From an uncultured Gammaproteobacteria bacterium (GTDB lineage Bacteria; Patescibacteriota; Patescibacteriia; Magasanikbacterales; JBBTQS01), in NCBI GenBank assembly GCA_965230935.1, contig OZ246400.1, positions 374,359-438,358 of the forward strand: a stretch of DNA of 64,000 nt, in the 5' to 3' direction. A model generated the notes under the pieces. The model did not search any database and was not told where the DNA came from. It saw only the letters and a program-made list of their open reading frames with translations. The translations under genes were made by a program, and so were the position numbers. Numbering within the stretch: position 1 is the first letter of the stretch; each line of letters starts with the position of its first letter. This document shows positions 51,230 through 60,590 of this stretch, in pieces.

Positions 51230-52651
51230 GTGAACGAGATGCAACTCACGGACCGCGGCACGCTGGTCTATGCCCCTGCGCGGCCGAAGTTTCAGCAACT
51301 TATTCTCTGGTTGCGTGAGGGTGCGCTCCGCGGCGTGGTGTTCATGTGCTGGGACCGCGCCAGCAGGAACGATCAGGACAAGCTCATGCTGCGAGAACTC
51401 ATCGACCGCGGAGTCGACGTTCGCTTTGCCCATGCCGCGTACGCACGCAACAGCTCCGGTGAATTGCACATGGACATCGATAGCATGGTCTCGGCGTACC
51501 ACTCAAGGAAGCTGAGCGAGCAGATCACGGCTGTGCACGACAAGCTTATGCGTGAGGGCAAGTACCCGTTCCAGGCTCCTACTGGGTACCTGGACACAGG
51601 GAGCATCAAGGAAGTCGATCCGCACTATCGCGGAACGCTCCGCATGATTTTTGAGCTGTTCGTTACGGGCTCTTGGAGTTACGAGGCGCTGGCGAGGTGG
51701 GCAAATGCGCAGGGCCTGAGACAGCGACCTCGACGCGCAGCCCGTTCTGCAGACCAACTCGCCAACGCGATGCCGAACCTCAATCCTAGGATTGCTCGCC
51801 CCCTAACGCACAAGACTATCGAGGCCATGTTGAAGAATCCGTTCTATGCAGGCAAGACGGTGTGGCACGGGGAGATGTTCGACGCGGTTCACGAACCGGT
51901 GATAACGCTGGACACCTTTCACGCCGTTCAAGAGGTCCTCGCTGGACGCGGCCGAACACGGCTCGCGCCGATGGATGAGGGTGCCGAACCGTATGTCTAC
52001 CGCCGCATGATTCGGTGTGCGTGCGGTCGCGCCTTCTCACCGTATACCAAGAAGGGGCATCGGTACTACACGGTTAGCTGTCGACGTTCCTGTGATAATA
52101 CGGTTCGAAACCTGTCCGAGCGGCGTGTCGACTCGCTCGTGGCCTCGCTCATGGAACGGCTGTCGTTGACAGGCGCCGAGCTGACCGCGCTCGTCGAGAG
52201 AACACATGAGGGGCTAGATGCCCTGCGGGCAAAGGCCGAACAACGGAGGGTCAAGATTCGCAATGCTCTCCAGGAGGCTGCACGTGACCTCAAGTACTTG
52301 GACGAAAACAAGGTGCTCCTCCTGCGCGGTGGCACCATGACGCCCGACGAGCACCTTTCTCGAGTTGGAAGGCTCCGCGCGAAGGAAGCGAAGCTGCAGG
52401 CGGAATTGGACGTACCCGACCCCGAACTGGAGGAAATCGCCGATGGAGTCGGAGAGTTTCTTGAACTCCTAAATTGCGCTAAATCAACCTACAAAACGGC
52501 TCCCGCGACCATCAGGCGGCAGCTTGTCGAGGAGGTACTTCTTGAACTCCGCTTGGAGCACGGAAGTGTCGCTGAAATTAGAGCCAAACCCGGGTTCGAT
52601 GTACTGCTGAAAAGGGGGTGGCTCCACGGTGGTGGGCGATCCAGGAATTGA
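51230..52651 (+). CDS. large serine recombinase family protein, catalytic domain apparently degenerate
   Basis: DRASRN, recombinase domain, zinc ribbon (CACGRAFSPY...SCRRSCD) and a coiled coil are all present. Where Y.RVS..Q is expected the sequence reads VYAPARPKFQQ, so the catalytic Ser is lost. GC-rich. The 3' end overlaps tRNA-Ile. Confidence 0.55.
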   Translation: MNEMQLTDRGTLVYAPARPKFQQLILWLREGALRGVVFMCWDRASRNDQDKLMLRELIDRGVDVRFAHAAYARNSSGELHMDIDSMVSAYHSRKLSEQITAVHDKLMREGKYPFQAPTGYLDTGSIKEVDPHYRGTLRMIFELFVTGSWSYEALARWANAQGLRQRPRRAARSADQLANAMPNLNPRIARPLTHKTIEAMLKNPFYAGKTVWHGEMFDAVHEPVITLDTFHAVQEVLAGRGRTRLAPMDEGAEPYVYRRMIRCACGRAFSPYTKKGHRYYTVSCRRSCDNTVRNLSERRVDSLVASLMERLSLTGAELTALVERTHEGLDALRAKAEQRRVKIRNALQEAARDLKYLDENKVLLLRGGTMTPDEHLSRVGRLRAKEAKLQAELDVPDPELEEIADGVGEFLELLNCAKSTYKTAPATIRRQLVEEVLLELRLEHGSVAEIRAKPGFDVLLKRGWLHGGGRSRN

Positions 52652-52706
52652 ACCTGGGACCTCTACATTATCAGTGTAGCGCTCTAACCAACTGAGCTAA
52701 TCGCCC
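52630..52706 (-). tRNA. tRNA-Ile (anticodon GAT)
   Basis: GGGCGATTAGCTCAGTTGGTTAGAGCGCTACACTGATAATGTAGAGGTCCCAGGTTCAATTCCTGGATCGCCCACCA. Lies downstream of the 16S. Confidence 0.9.
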
Positions 52707-53098
52707 GTAGTGAGGGAGAAAAATGTTTACATTTTTTCTTCCGAACGAAGGGCGATTAGCTATGGAGCATCACAACGTGATGCAAAATAGCTTAACGACT
52801 CATTGACGCTAACGCCCTAAATTGTAATTTCTAAACAAAAACCCCTCCAATCCACGTGCTTCAGTCTACTACACTTAACTCTTGCGAGCAAGGGATTCAG
52901 ACTGCAACGCATAGACTGCAGGGGAAATAGCGTAACACCGCTACCGACGACAGAGAAACATTACCTAACTTTCTTTTTTGTTTTATGTTTTTTGTTCATT
53001 TCACTAACGAAATGCCGACTGAAGTACGTACTCTTACGAGTACGCCAACTCCCTAGAAAGGAGGTGATCCACGAACAGCTTCCGCTACCCGTGCCTTG

Positions 53099-53933
53099 TT
53101 CATGTTATTCACTATGTCGCCATAATGCATGGACTATATCACATTCCTCTGATTGAATCGTCTTCGTTTTTCTGGATGCCATGAGCCAATGTGCTCAACG
53201 AAGGACATGAGTGATTCTGCACGAACAAATACACGCCAGTAATCAGGATCTACCCGTTTACTAGGATTGTGTAACTTGCCACACATGATTCCCATATCTG
53301 CTAACATATTTTTCAGCATTTGTACTTTCTGCTGATTTTTTTGTGTTAACTGAATGTAGAATCGTGCGTGTATATCGTGCGGAATACCACCTTCGGCATC
53401 GAAGAATCCGCGGAGATAGGCTTGCTGCTCTATTTTTGATCCCAATTCTAATGGATTGAGTTCAAAATTCAGAAATTCAGCAAGTGTCTCCAACACATAC
53501 ACATTGCGCGTTTTTCCTTCCTGATAAATCCAGGAAGAATATCCGATATGTGCTAGTAGTACTTTCATGATTTGCAACCACGCAACACATTTCTGTGATA
53601 TGCGGAAGCGATGATTACTACTATACGTACCATCATGTAACGCGCCATTCATGTATGCACGAATGACTTTTCCGTCAGTAGGATCTCGGCGTGTAGTCTC
53701 TGAGGGGTCACGCGTCTGCCTGTGGCAGTGCCGCGGACTTCCCTGCTGATTGACTGCTATCACAGGTTTTCTCAGAACTTCTGACAAAATCTGTGAAACA
53801 CTTGAAGCATTTTCACTCATAAGACAATAGAGTAATTAGAATACTCTATCATGAGTAGCTCAAGATTCCCAGTGTTTCCAGCATATAGCCAAGTTTTTCC
53901 TAAGCGATTACTCGCGAAGGGTCGCAACAAATT
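53099..53933 (-). mobile_element. group-I-type intron in 16S rRNA (between GTCGTAA and CAAGG, about E. coli position 1506)
   Basis: 16S continuity breaks after GTCGTAA and resumes at CAAGGCACGGGTAGCGGAAGCTG...GGATCACCTCCTTTCT. The inserted segment carries a LAGLIDADG ORF. Confidence 0.7.
53134..53820 (-). CDS. LAGLIDADG homing endonuclease (intron-encoded)
   Basis: LRGFFDAEGGI motif. 228 aa, entirely inside the 16S insertion. Confidence 0.85.
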   Translation of the reverse strand: MSENASSVSQILSEVLRKPVIAVNQQGSPRHCHRQTRDPSETTRRDPTDGKVIRAYMNGALHDGTYSSNHRFRISQKCVAWLQIMKVLLAHIGYSSWIYQEGKTRNVYVLETLAEFLNFELNPLELGSKIEQQAYLRGFFDAEGGIPHDIHARFYIQLTQKNQQKVQMLKNMLADMGIMCGKLHNPSKRVDPDYWRVFVRAESLMSFVEHIGSWHPEKRRRFNQRNVI

Positions 53934-54085
53934 TACGACTTCACCCTGATCACTGACCCCAGCTTGGCCCCACGAACGTGGTACTTAAGCCGTTGCCAAC
54001 TTTCCTGGTGTGACGGGCGGTGAGTACAAGACCCGAGAACGTATTCAACGCGCCGTGGCTGATGCGCGTTTACTAGCGATTCCGA

Positions 54086-54129
<44 letters not shown>

Positions 54130-54157
54130 GGTTATGGGATTAGCTCCACCTCGCGGT

Positions 54158-54188
<31 letters not shown>

Positions 54189-54427
54189 TGTGTGTCGCCC
54201 TGGACGTAAGAGACATGCTGATTTGACGTCATCCTCACCTTCCTCCTGCTTGCGCAGGCAGTCTCGTATGATATGTAACATACGACGAGGGTTGCGCTCG
54301 TTACCCCACTAAAGGGTACACCTCACGGCACGAGCTGACGGCAACCATGCATCACCTCTCAAACACCCTCGAAGGAGTCTTCTTTTCAGAAGATGTGCAG
54401 TTTAAGTTTAAGCCCAGGTAAGGTTCC

Positions 54428-54480
<53 letters not shown>

Positions 54481-55361
54481 TATTCCTTTGAGTTTTAATC
54501 TTGCGACCGTACTCCCCAGGCGGGATACTTAACGCGTTAGCTTTTTTCGACGGCACTGACAGGGTCGATACTGCCAATACCTAGTATCCATCGTTTAGGG
54601 CGTGGACTACTCGGGTATCTAATCCGATTCGCTCCCCACGCTTTCGTCCATGAGTGTCAGGCATGTTCCAGTGAGCTGCCTTCGCCTTTGGTGTTCTTGC
54701 TGATATCAACGCTTATTACGACTACACCAGCAATTCCGCTCACCTCTCCCAGCCTCTAGTCTAGCAGTTTCACGCGCGATTTCTGAGTTAAGCCCAGAGC
54801 TTTAACGTGTGACTTACTTGACCACCTGCGGACCCTTTACGCCCAATAAATCCGGATAACGCTTGAGGTCTCTGTATTACCGCTGCTGCTGGCACAGAGT
54901 TTGCAACCTCTTATTCCTGTGGTACCGTCATAGGTTCTTCCCACAGAAAAGCAGTTTACACCCCGAAAGGCGTCTTCCTGCACGCGGCGTCGCTCCATCA
55001 GGCTTTCGCCCATTGTGGAAGATTCTTGACTGCAGCCTCCCGTAGGAGTCTGGGCAGTGTCTCAGTCCCAGTGAGTGGGGTCATGCTCTCACACCCCATA
55101 CCCGTCGTAGCCTTGGTAAGCCGTTACCTTACCAACAAGCTGATAGGCCGCAGGTTTCTCGTGCACCGATAAATCTTTACATGGGAATGACTTATGTCCC
55201 CCCATGTCCATCGTGTATTAGCCCATTTTTCAATGGGTTGTCCACGAGTGCACGGTAAATTACCTACGTGTTACTCTCCCGTTTGCCACTTACCATCTTC
55301 GGCGTAATCCACCGAAGCTTCATACAATTGAAAATGGTTCGTTCGACTTGCATGCCTTAGA

Positions 55362-55401
<40 letters not shown>

Positions 55402-55710
55402 ATTAAAGTTTTTGATCTTTGGATCTTTAAGGAATAGTTAGAAATAATGATGTCTCTGTCTGCGGCAATGGTTTTGACGCAGAATTTGTAAAAATCATCC
55501 TCTTCAACAGCTTTGAGAAGAAAAAACAGAGACTCAAATGCATTGCAGTCGCTGTTTTTTCGTCTCCACGGTTTCTGATCAATCAGACCTATGGTACTGT
55601 CGGTTGTGAAGTTATCCACCGGTAGTTTAGCGATAGTTGCACATATTGTCAAGAGCTTTGGGGGTATAATCTGTGTATAGAATTTTTGGCGCAAAAAATG
55701 CGGTTTTACC

Positions 55711-55739
55711 TTGACAAAACGTCTTTTTTGTGCTATAGT
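55711..55739 (+). promoter_or_regulatory. consensus sigma70 promoter
   Basis: TTGACA at 55711-55716, 17-nt spacer, TATAGT at 55734-55739. About 175-nt leader before the 55920 gene. Confidence 0.45.
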
Positions 55740-55919
55740 GTATTGTTATCGTAGCTCATTTTGCTTGGCCAAAATTAGCCAAAAATGAATCGTAAGGAGG
55801 GTGTTTTATGTAAATACTCTTATTACGGGGCGCTTTTGGGCGAACCGGACAATCGTACTGTAAGGCGGCACGAAGCCGTCCGTTATCCGCTTTTTGACAA
55901 CTGAATTTGAGAGGGAGAA

Positions 55920-56312
55920 ATGGCCGAGAAATTCAACTGGAGCAAGTTCGTGCAGATGAGCGTGGTGTACGCGATCATCGGCGTGGTGTGCATCACCCTG
56001 CTGGGGGTGGCCAAGGACTCGACCACCGACCTGGCCATCGCCATGATCATCTTCCTGGTCGGCGGCGCGATCAACTACCTGGCCATCGGCTTCGTGCCGG
56101 CGCAGCAGTTGGCCGCCTGGCTCAACCACGACGGCGAGATGGTCGATTTCGGCCTGGTGTTCTGGACGGTCGTGATCGGCATGCCGGTGGCATGCCTGGT
56201 GGGCTTGTTCTGGATCTACATCAGACACCGGCTCGACCAGGCAATCCGGAGCGCCAAGGCGGCCATCCGCATGGGCGGCCCGTCGACGAGGCGCAAGGAC
56301 GACCCGAATTGA
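55920..56312 (+). CDS. small 4-TM membrane protein, GC-rich
   Basis: RBS GAGGGAG. 130 aa with 4 hydrophobic helices. About 65% GC. Confidence 0.5.
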   Translation: MAEKFNWSKFVQMSVVYAIIGVVCITLLGVAKDSTTDLAIAMIIFLVGGAINYLAIGFVPAQQLAAWLNHDGEMVDFGLVFWTVVIGMPVACLVGLFWIYIRHRLDQAIRSAKAAIRMGGPSTRRKDDPN

Positions 56313-56422
56313 CCCTTTCAACCGCGCTCGCCAGATCCTACGGGTTATGGCTCGAGCGAAGCCGCGTCCATCCTTCGGGCGCGACGGCCACGTGTTGCGG
56401 CTCAAAGCAACATCACAACCAC

Positions 56423-56460
56423 AAGCCCGCCTGGCGAATACACGTCGGCGGGCTTTGTGA
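56423..56460 (+). terminator. rho-independent terminator
   Basis: aagcccgcc ... ggcgggctttgtgattc. Confidence 0.5.
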
Positions 56461-56478
56461 TTCTATATACTATTTGCA

Positions 56479-57129
56479 TTATGATGAATGTTCCTGACGC
56501 CACTTCTCAATCTTTGCATGATCTCCGCTTAACAACACCTCTGGCACTTTCCATCCATTAAACTCTTCTGGGCGCGTATACTGTGGGTACTCTGCTCCTG
56601 CTGATTCCCCTTTGCCAAACGTTTCTTGCGTGAGCGATTCTTCATTGCCAAGTACACCTGGCACTAGTCGCGCCACTGCTTCAGTGACGGTAAGCGCTGG
56701 AAGCTCTCCACCAGCTAATACATATTTTCCAACTGAGATTTCTTCATCAGCCAGATGATCAATCACTCGCTGATCAATCCCCTCGTACCGACCACAAATC
56801 ATCACCAGTCGATCGTACTGTTGTGCAAACTCTTCTGCTACGCGCTGAGTAAACTCGCGACCGCGAGGCGACATCACTATCACGCGTGTTTTTACATCAC
56901 GTTTTGGCAAACTCTCAAGCGCAGCAACAATCGGCTGCACCTTCATCACCATACCAGCGCCCCCGCCATATGGCGTATCATCGACCGTGTTATGTTTATC
57001 GTCTGAAAACGTACGAATATCAACCGGATGTACGGTAATATGCCCAGCCTCTTGCCCACGCCCAAGAATACTCGCGTTAGCGTAGTGTTCAACGAGTTCT
57101 GGAAAAATGGTGAGAATGTCGAATTGCAT
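56479..57129 (-). CDS. trmD: tRNA (guanine37-N1)-methyltransferase
   Basis: MQFDILTIFPE...TPYGGGAGMVMK is canonical TrmD. Confidence 0.9.
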   Translation of the reverse strand: MQFDILTIFPELVEHYANASILGRGQEAGHITVHPVDIRTFSDDKHNTVDDTPYGGGAGMVMKVQPIVAALESLPKRDVKTRVIVMSPRGREFTQRVAEEFAQQYDRLVMICGRYEGIDQRVIDHLADEEISVGKYVLAGGELPALTVTEAVARLVPGVLGNEESLTQETFGKGESAGAEYPQYTRPEEFNGWKVPEVLLSGDHAKIEKWRQEHSS

Positions 57130-58603
57130 AAACAAACAAGAAAATTACAAAGCCAATACCAAGTGGATGGTTCATAAACGGACTAATCGCATGGGTAGCC
57201 ATAATGGCAAAGATTCCAGCAATGAGGCCGAAGTCTAAATATACCCGATCTGATTGCTTTGGCAAGTTTTGCCACATCATCACGACGATATATCCCAACC
57301 ACACCAAGAACAACACCACACCAAGCAGTCCGATCTCCACAGCCATATCAAGCCATCCAAATTCAAGTGCCGTGGTACTAATTATTCCTTGATTTCGAAC
57401 ATCTGTACTTTCATAAGTGATAGCTGTACCAAAACCAGAACCAAGTATTGGTTGTTGCTGTATTTGCGTCAACAATGGCATAAATTGATTAATGCGATTT
57501 TGCACTCCTGGCTCACCGGTTGTGAACAGCTCCTTTTGGACTGCCGGACGTTCACCAGAAAGAGCGCTTAGACTACTACCAATACCCTGGATTGCATACA
57601 CACTTATTACCGAACTGATGATCACCCACAATACCACCACTTGGGCTCCTCGCCATTTAAACTTTATCTTAGATTGTCCAATAACCATCAACAAAAGCCA
57701 CACACAAATGCCGGCCAATGCTCCCACCCAAAAACTTCTAAAAAGCGTCAGGATAATCCCAAATACCACGACCCCCATGAGCGTTACGGTTTGGGAGGTC
57801 TTTTTGATTGGTCCATTAAGTCGCGCATACACATATCCCATAAGAATCAGAAGCGCGGGGAGCAAAAACAACTCAGACCAAAAATAAATCCGCCACATAC
57901 CGCTTGCTGCTGGTGCAATCTGCCCCCCACCGGTTTGGCGCTCAAAATGATAAAGCAATGAAGTAAGTCCTGGAATTGCCAATGAAAAAACAATAAAGAA
58001 TAGAGCAGCCTTGGTTATCAGAAAAGCAATCGCTGCTTTAACAATAGTAAAAACACGTTTGAAAAATGTTTTTGAGTGAACAACATCAAATAGTGGGAAC
58101 ACCAACGCAATATAAAACCAGTTGTTTGCATCAGCAATCACCCGACCAATAGGATACCCCTTGATCCATATCCCATTACCCACTGCAAACAGGAGTACCA
58201 CAAAAAACGGCAATACATATCGAAATGATGAATGACTTATCAAGCCTGGCCATTGTTTTTTGCGTATACGATCAATACCCCATGCCAACATCACTGCAAC
58301 AAAGAGCGCCATGCGAATAGACACTCTTCCCCAACTCAGATCATAGGCAATGTCATACCAAAACAAGTGCCCCTTAGATCCGATAAGTAACTCGGCTGCC
58401 AAAAGCAACACCCCCCATTCCAATCGATACAATGCAACAACAAACGTAACCAATGTGATTACCAAAAAAAGACTGGTATGCAGCCAATCAATACGAAAGG
58501 AGATAGCAGAAAGAATGGTGATCCCAACAAATCCCCAAAACCATTGCCACATTGGATTACACGAATGAAACCGTTGCATAAACAAAAACAAACACCGCGG
58601 CAA
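57089..58603 (-). CDS. polytopic membrane protein, O-antigen ligase/polymerase-like
   Basis: About 12 TM helices with a large periplasmic loop. The true start is probably an internal Met. Family assignment is from topology only. Confidence 0.45.
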   Translation of the reverse strand: MPRCLFLFMQRFHSCNPMWQWFWGFVGITILSAISFRIDWLHTSLFLVITLVTFVVALYRLEWGVLLLAAELLIGSKGHLFWYDIAYDLSWGRVSIRMALFVAVMLAWGIDRIRKKQWPGLISHSSFRYVLPFFVVLLFAVGNGIWIKGYPIGRVIADANNWFYIALVFPLFDVVHSKTFFKRVFTIVKAAIAFLITKAALFFIVFSLAIPGLTSLLYHFERQTGGGQIAPAASGMWRIYFWSELFLLPALLILMGYVYARLNGPIKKTSQTVTLMGVVVFGIILTLFRSFWVGALAGICVWLLLMVIGQSKIKFKWRGAQVVVLWVIISSVISVYAIQGIGSSLSALSGERPAVQKELFTTGEPGVQNRINQFMPLLTQIQQQPILGSGFGTAITYESTDVRNQGIISTTALEFGWLDMAVEIGLLGVVLFLVWLGYIVVMMWQNLPKQSDRVYLDFGLIAGIFAIMATHAISPFMNHPLGIGFVIFLFVYAIRHSHHFSRTR

Positions 58604-58638
58604 CTATACCACGGTGTCTGCTTTATCTTCAATTGATT

Positions 58639-58974
58639 TTAGAGGTTAAGATCCTCGACTGCTGAAGTATCAACATCGTCCATATCAGAACCACCATTGT
58701 TACGTGGTGGGCGTCCGCTTCCCTCTGGCTCAAAGATGCGCAAGTTTACTCGAGCATCCATTTTTGCACCAACGGTACGGACAAGACGACGAATTGCCTC
58801 TGCAGTTTGACCTTTACGACCAATGATGTAGCCCATGTCAGATGGATTGACGTGAAGCGTAATCAATACGCCGCGTTCGTCCACCTTACGCTCGGTTTTT
58901 ACATCCTCAGGATGATTAACCAGCGCTTTGACAAGGTCTTCTACAAACTGCTGATCCTGTTCCATATTCGTCAC
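58639..58974 (-). CDS. KH-domain RNA-binding protein (YlqC/UPF0109-like)
   Basis: GYIIGRKGQTAEAIRRLVR KH GXXG loop. Conserved neighbourhood with rpsP and trmD. Confidence 0.8.
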   Translation of the reverse strand: MTNMEQDQQFVEDLVKALVNHPEDVKTERKVDERGVLITLHVNPSDMGYIIGRKGQTAEAIRRLVRTVGAKMDARVNLRIFEPEGSGRPPRNNGGSDMDDVDTSAVEDLNL

Positions 58975-59079
58975 AGAAATAAATTATGTGCACTCATCGC
59001 ATTACTGTCGACCTGAATCATTGAGATTCACCAGCATGATGATTGGCGAAAATACTATAGCAAAAAAATGGTCGCTTGT

Positions 59080-59995
59080 CAAGTTGGATTATATAAAAAT
59101 GTGAAGAGGGGCCCCGGCCACGATTGCTCGTGTGTTGTCGCCAGGACCCCTCAAGGGGTTGCGGGCCCGAAGACCCACGGTTGCGGACGTTGCGACCAGG
59201 TCGCCAACGCCCTGTACGATTGGGAGCGCCGTGGGCACCCCCGACGAAGACAAGCGGGGAGAAGGCCCCCCCCACCTGGTGTCGGCTAGGCCGACGCGAC
59301 CCTGCGGTTTGCGCTGTGCCGTCAACCGGTTCAGACGACAAGTGCGGTGGTTGCAAGGCCAAGGGGCCGTGACGATCAGTGACCAGGCCCGGTGGGCGTG
59401 CGTCCTGAGATTTCGCCGCGGCACTCCTGCACATCTGCTACCCGAAGGCGTGCAGCCCAGGAGTCGGTGGTGCCTGACACCGTTGCCAGGCTTTATCAGG
59501 ATACAGCACCTGAACGGCGCTGTCAAGATTTTTGCCGTTTTGAAACGCGCACAAATTTCAAGAGCCGGCTGGGTTGCAGCTGGCTCTGAAGGTGCCGTTG
59601 TGGCAGCGTGTTTATTTTCTCGGACATTTAGAGGAGGCAAGGAACCATCTCGCAGAGACAATCCGTCCATCCACTGGCGAACGGGGCTCCCTCGGAGATA
59701 TTGCACGGAGTAAATCCGAACTCACTCGCAAGACGAAACCCGCCTCCCCTAAACATCGTCGCAAGTGTCACCCTACGTATCGTAACCTATCGAACCTCGG
59801 CGTATGACTGCTCCGTTTCCTGCCACCCGAAGGACGACTTTGTATCTAGCAGCGTAGCGTCGAGAGACGCTCAGCTCTTAAGCCCCCTTGCGGGGAGTAG
59901 GAATCCACCAGGCCCCGTCAGTCCATGGTCTGCATTGCGCCCCAGGGTAGGGCCAACACTCGCCGCGATCGTCAGGAACATAGCCATTGGCTGGG
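59080..59995. ncRNA. GC-rich ~0.9 kb apparently non-coding insert; candidate structured RNA or foreign remnant
   Basis: About 65% GC. Only mutually overlapping Arg/Pro-rich ORFs on both strands. Lies between rpsP and the KH gene. A tmRNA-like tag-frame GCC...TATCTAGCAGCGTAG (..YLAA*) is on the + strand and a GGGGAGGCGGGTTTCG start on the - strand. No T-arm or CCA end was found. Confidence 0.2.
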
Positions 59996-60035
59996 TACGA
60001 TAGTATATTGGCTGCATATATTTGTCAAGACATAC

Positions 60036-60078
60036 AAAAACAGCACTGGTTTCCCAGTGCTGTTACGCTTTATTTTTA
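60036..60078. terminator. bidirectional terminator downstream of rpsP
   Basis: cagcactgg-tttc-ccagtgctg with T-runs on both sides. Confidence 0.55.
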
Positions 60079-60083
60079 GCAAT

Positions 60084-60521
60084 TTATTCGTTTGCTGCCT
60101 CTGTTTCTTTTGGTGCTTCCGCTGTCGGCTCTGCAGGCTCTTCTGTAGGAGTTTCTTCTGGTGAATCTTGTGCTTCTTTCGGTGCTTCTTCAGTTGCTTT
60201 TGCTTCTTTAGCAGCTTCTGCTTTTTCATCTAACTTTGCTTGGCGTTTCTTGCTGATGCTGACCACAGCCCGTTTATCCCCTTTAATTAACCCTTCAGCC
60301 ACAAACAAATTATGAACCGTATCTGTTGGTTGCGCACCAACAGACAGCCAGTACTCCACGCGTTCTTTTTTCAACGTCAATGTGCTTGGATTGGTTCGTG
60401 GATTGTAGTTCCCAAGAATTTCCTTATGATTTCCATACGGATCTTTGGTATGCTCAGTAACCACAATTCGATATTCTGGCTGTTTCTTTTTACCAACGAG
60501 GGCAAGTTTAATCTTTAACAT
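60084..60521 (-). CDS. rpsP: 30S ribosomal protein S16 with acidic/Ala-rich C-terminal extension
   Basis: MLKIKLALVGKKKQPEYRIVV... Confidence 0.85.
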   Translation of the reverse strand: MLKIKLALVGKKKQPEYRIVVTEHTKDPYGNHKEILGNYNPRTNPSTLTLKKERVEYWLSVGAQPTDTVHNLFVAEGLIKGDKRAVVSISKKRQAKLDEKAEAAKEAKATEEAPKEAQDSPEETPTEEPAEPTAEAPKETEAANE

Positions 60522-60590
60522 AATCAATTTGCTCAAATGCAATACGGCAGTAGTGTACCGATCAACGTCAAATTCGTCAAGACCTCCTCC

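Noticed and set aside
59089-59713. Overlapping 205-aa (-) and 193-aa (+) ORFs
   Set aside because: They are mutually exclusive, Arg/Pro-rich frames in high-GC DNA. The region is treated as non-coding.
59680-60000. Standard one-piece tmRNA call
   Set aside because: A tag-like ..YLAA* frame and GGGG-type starts exist, but on opposite strands. I could not find a GGTTCGA-type T-arm or an acceptor/CCA 3' end, so the evidence is insufficient.
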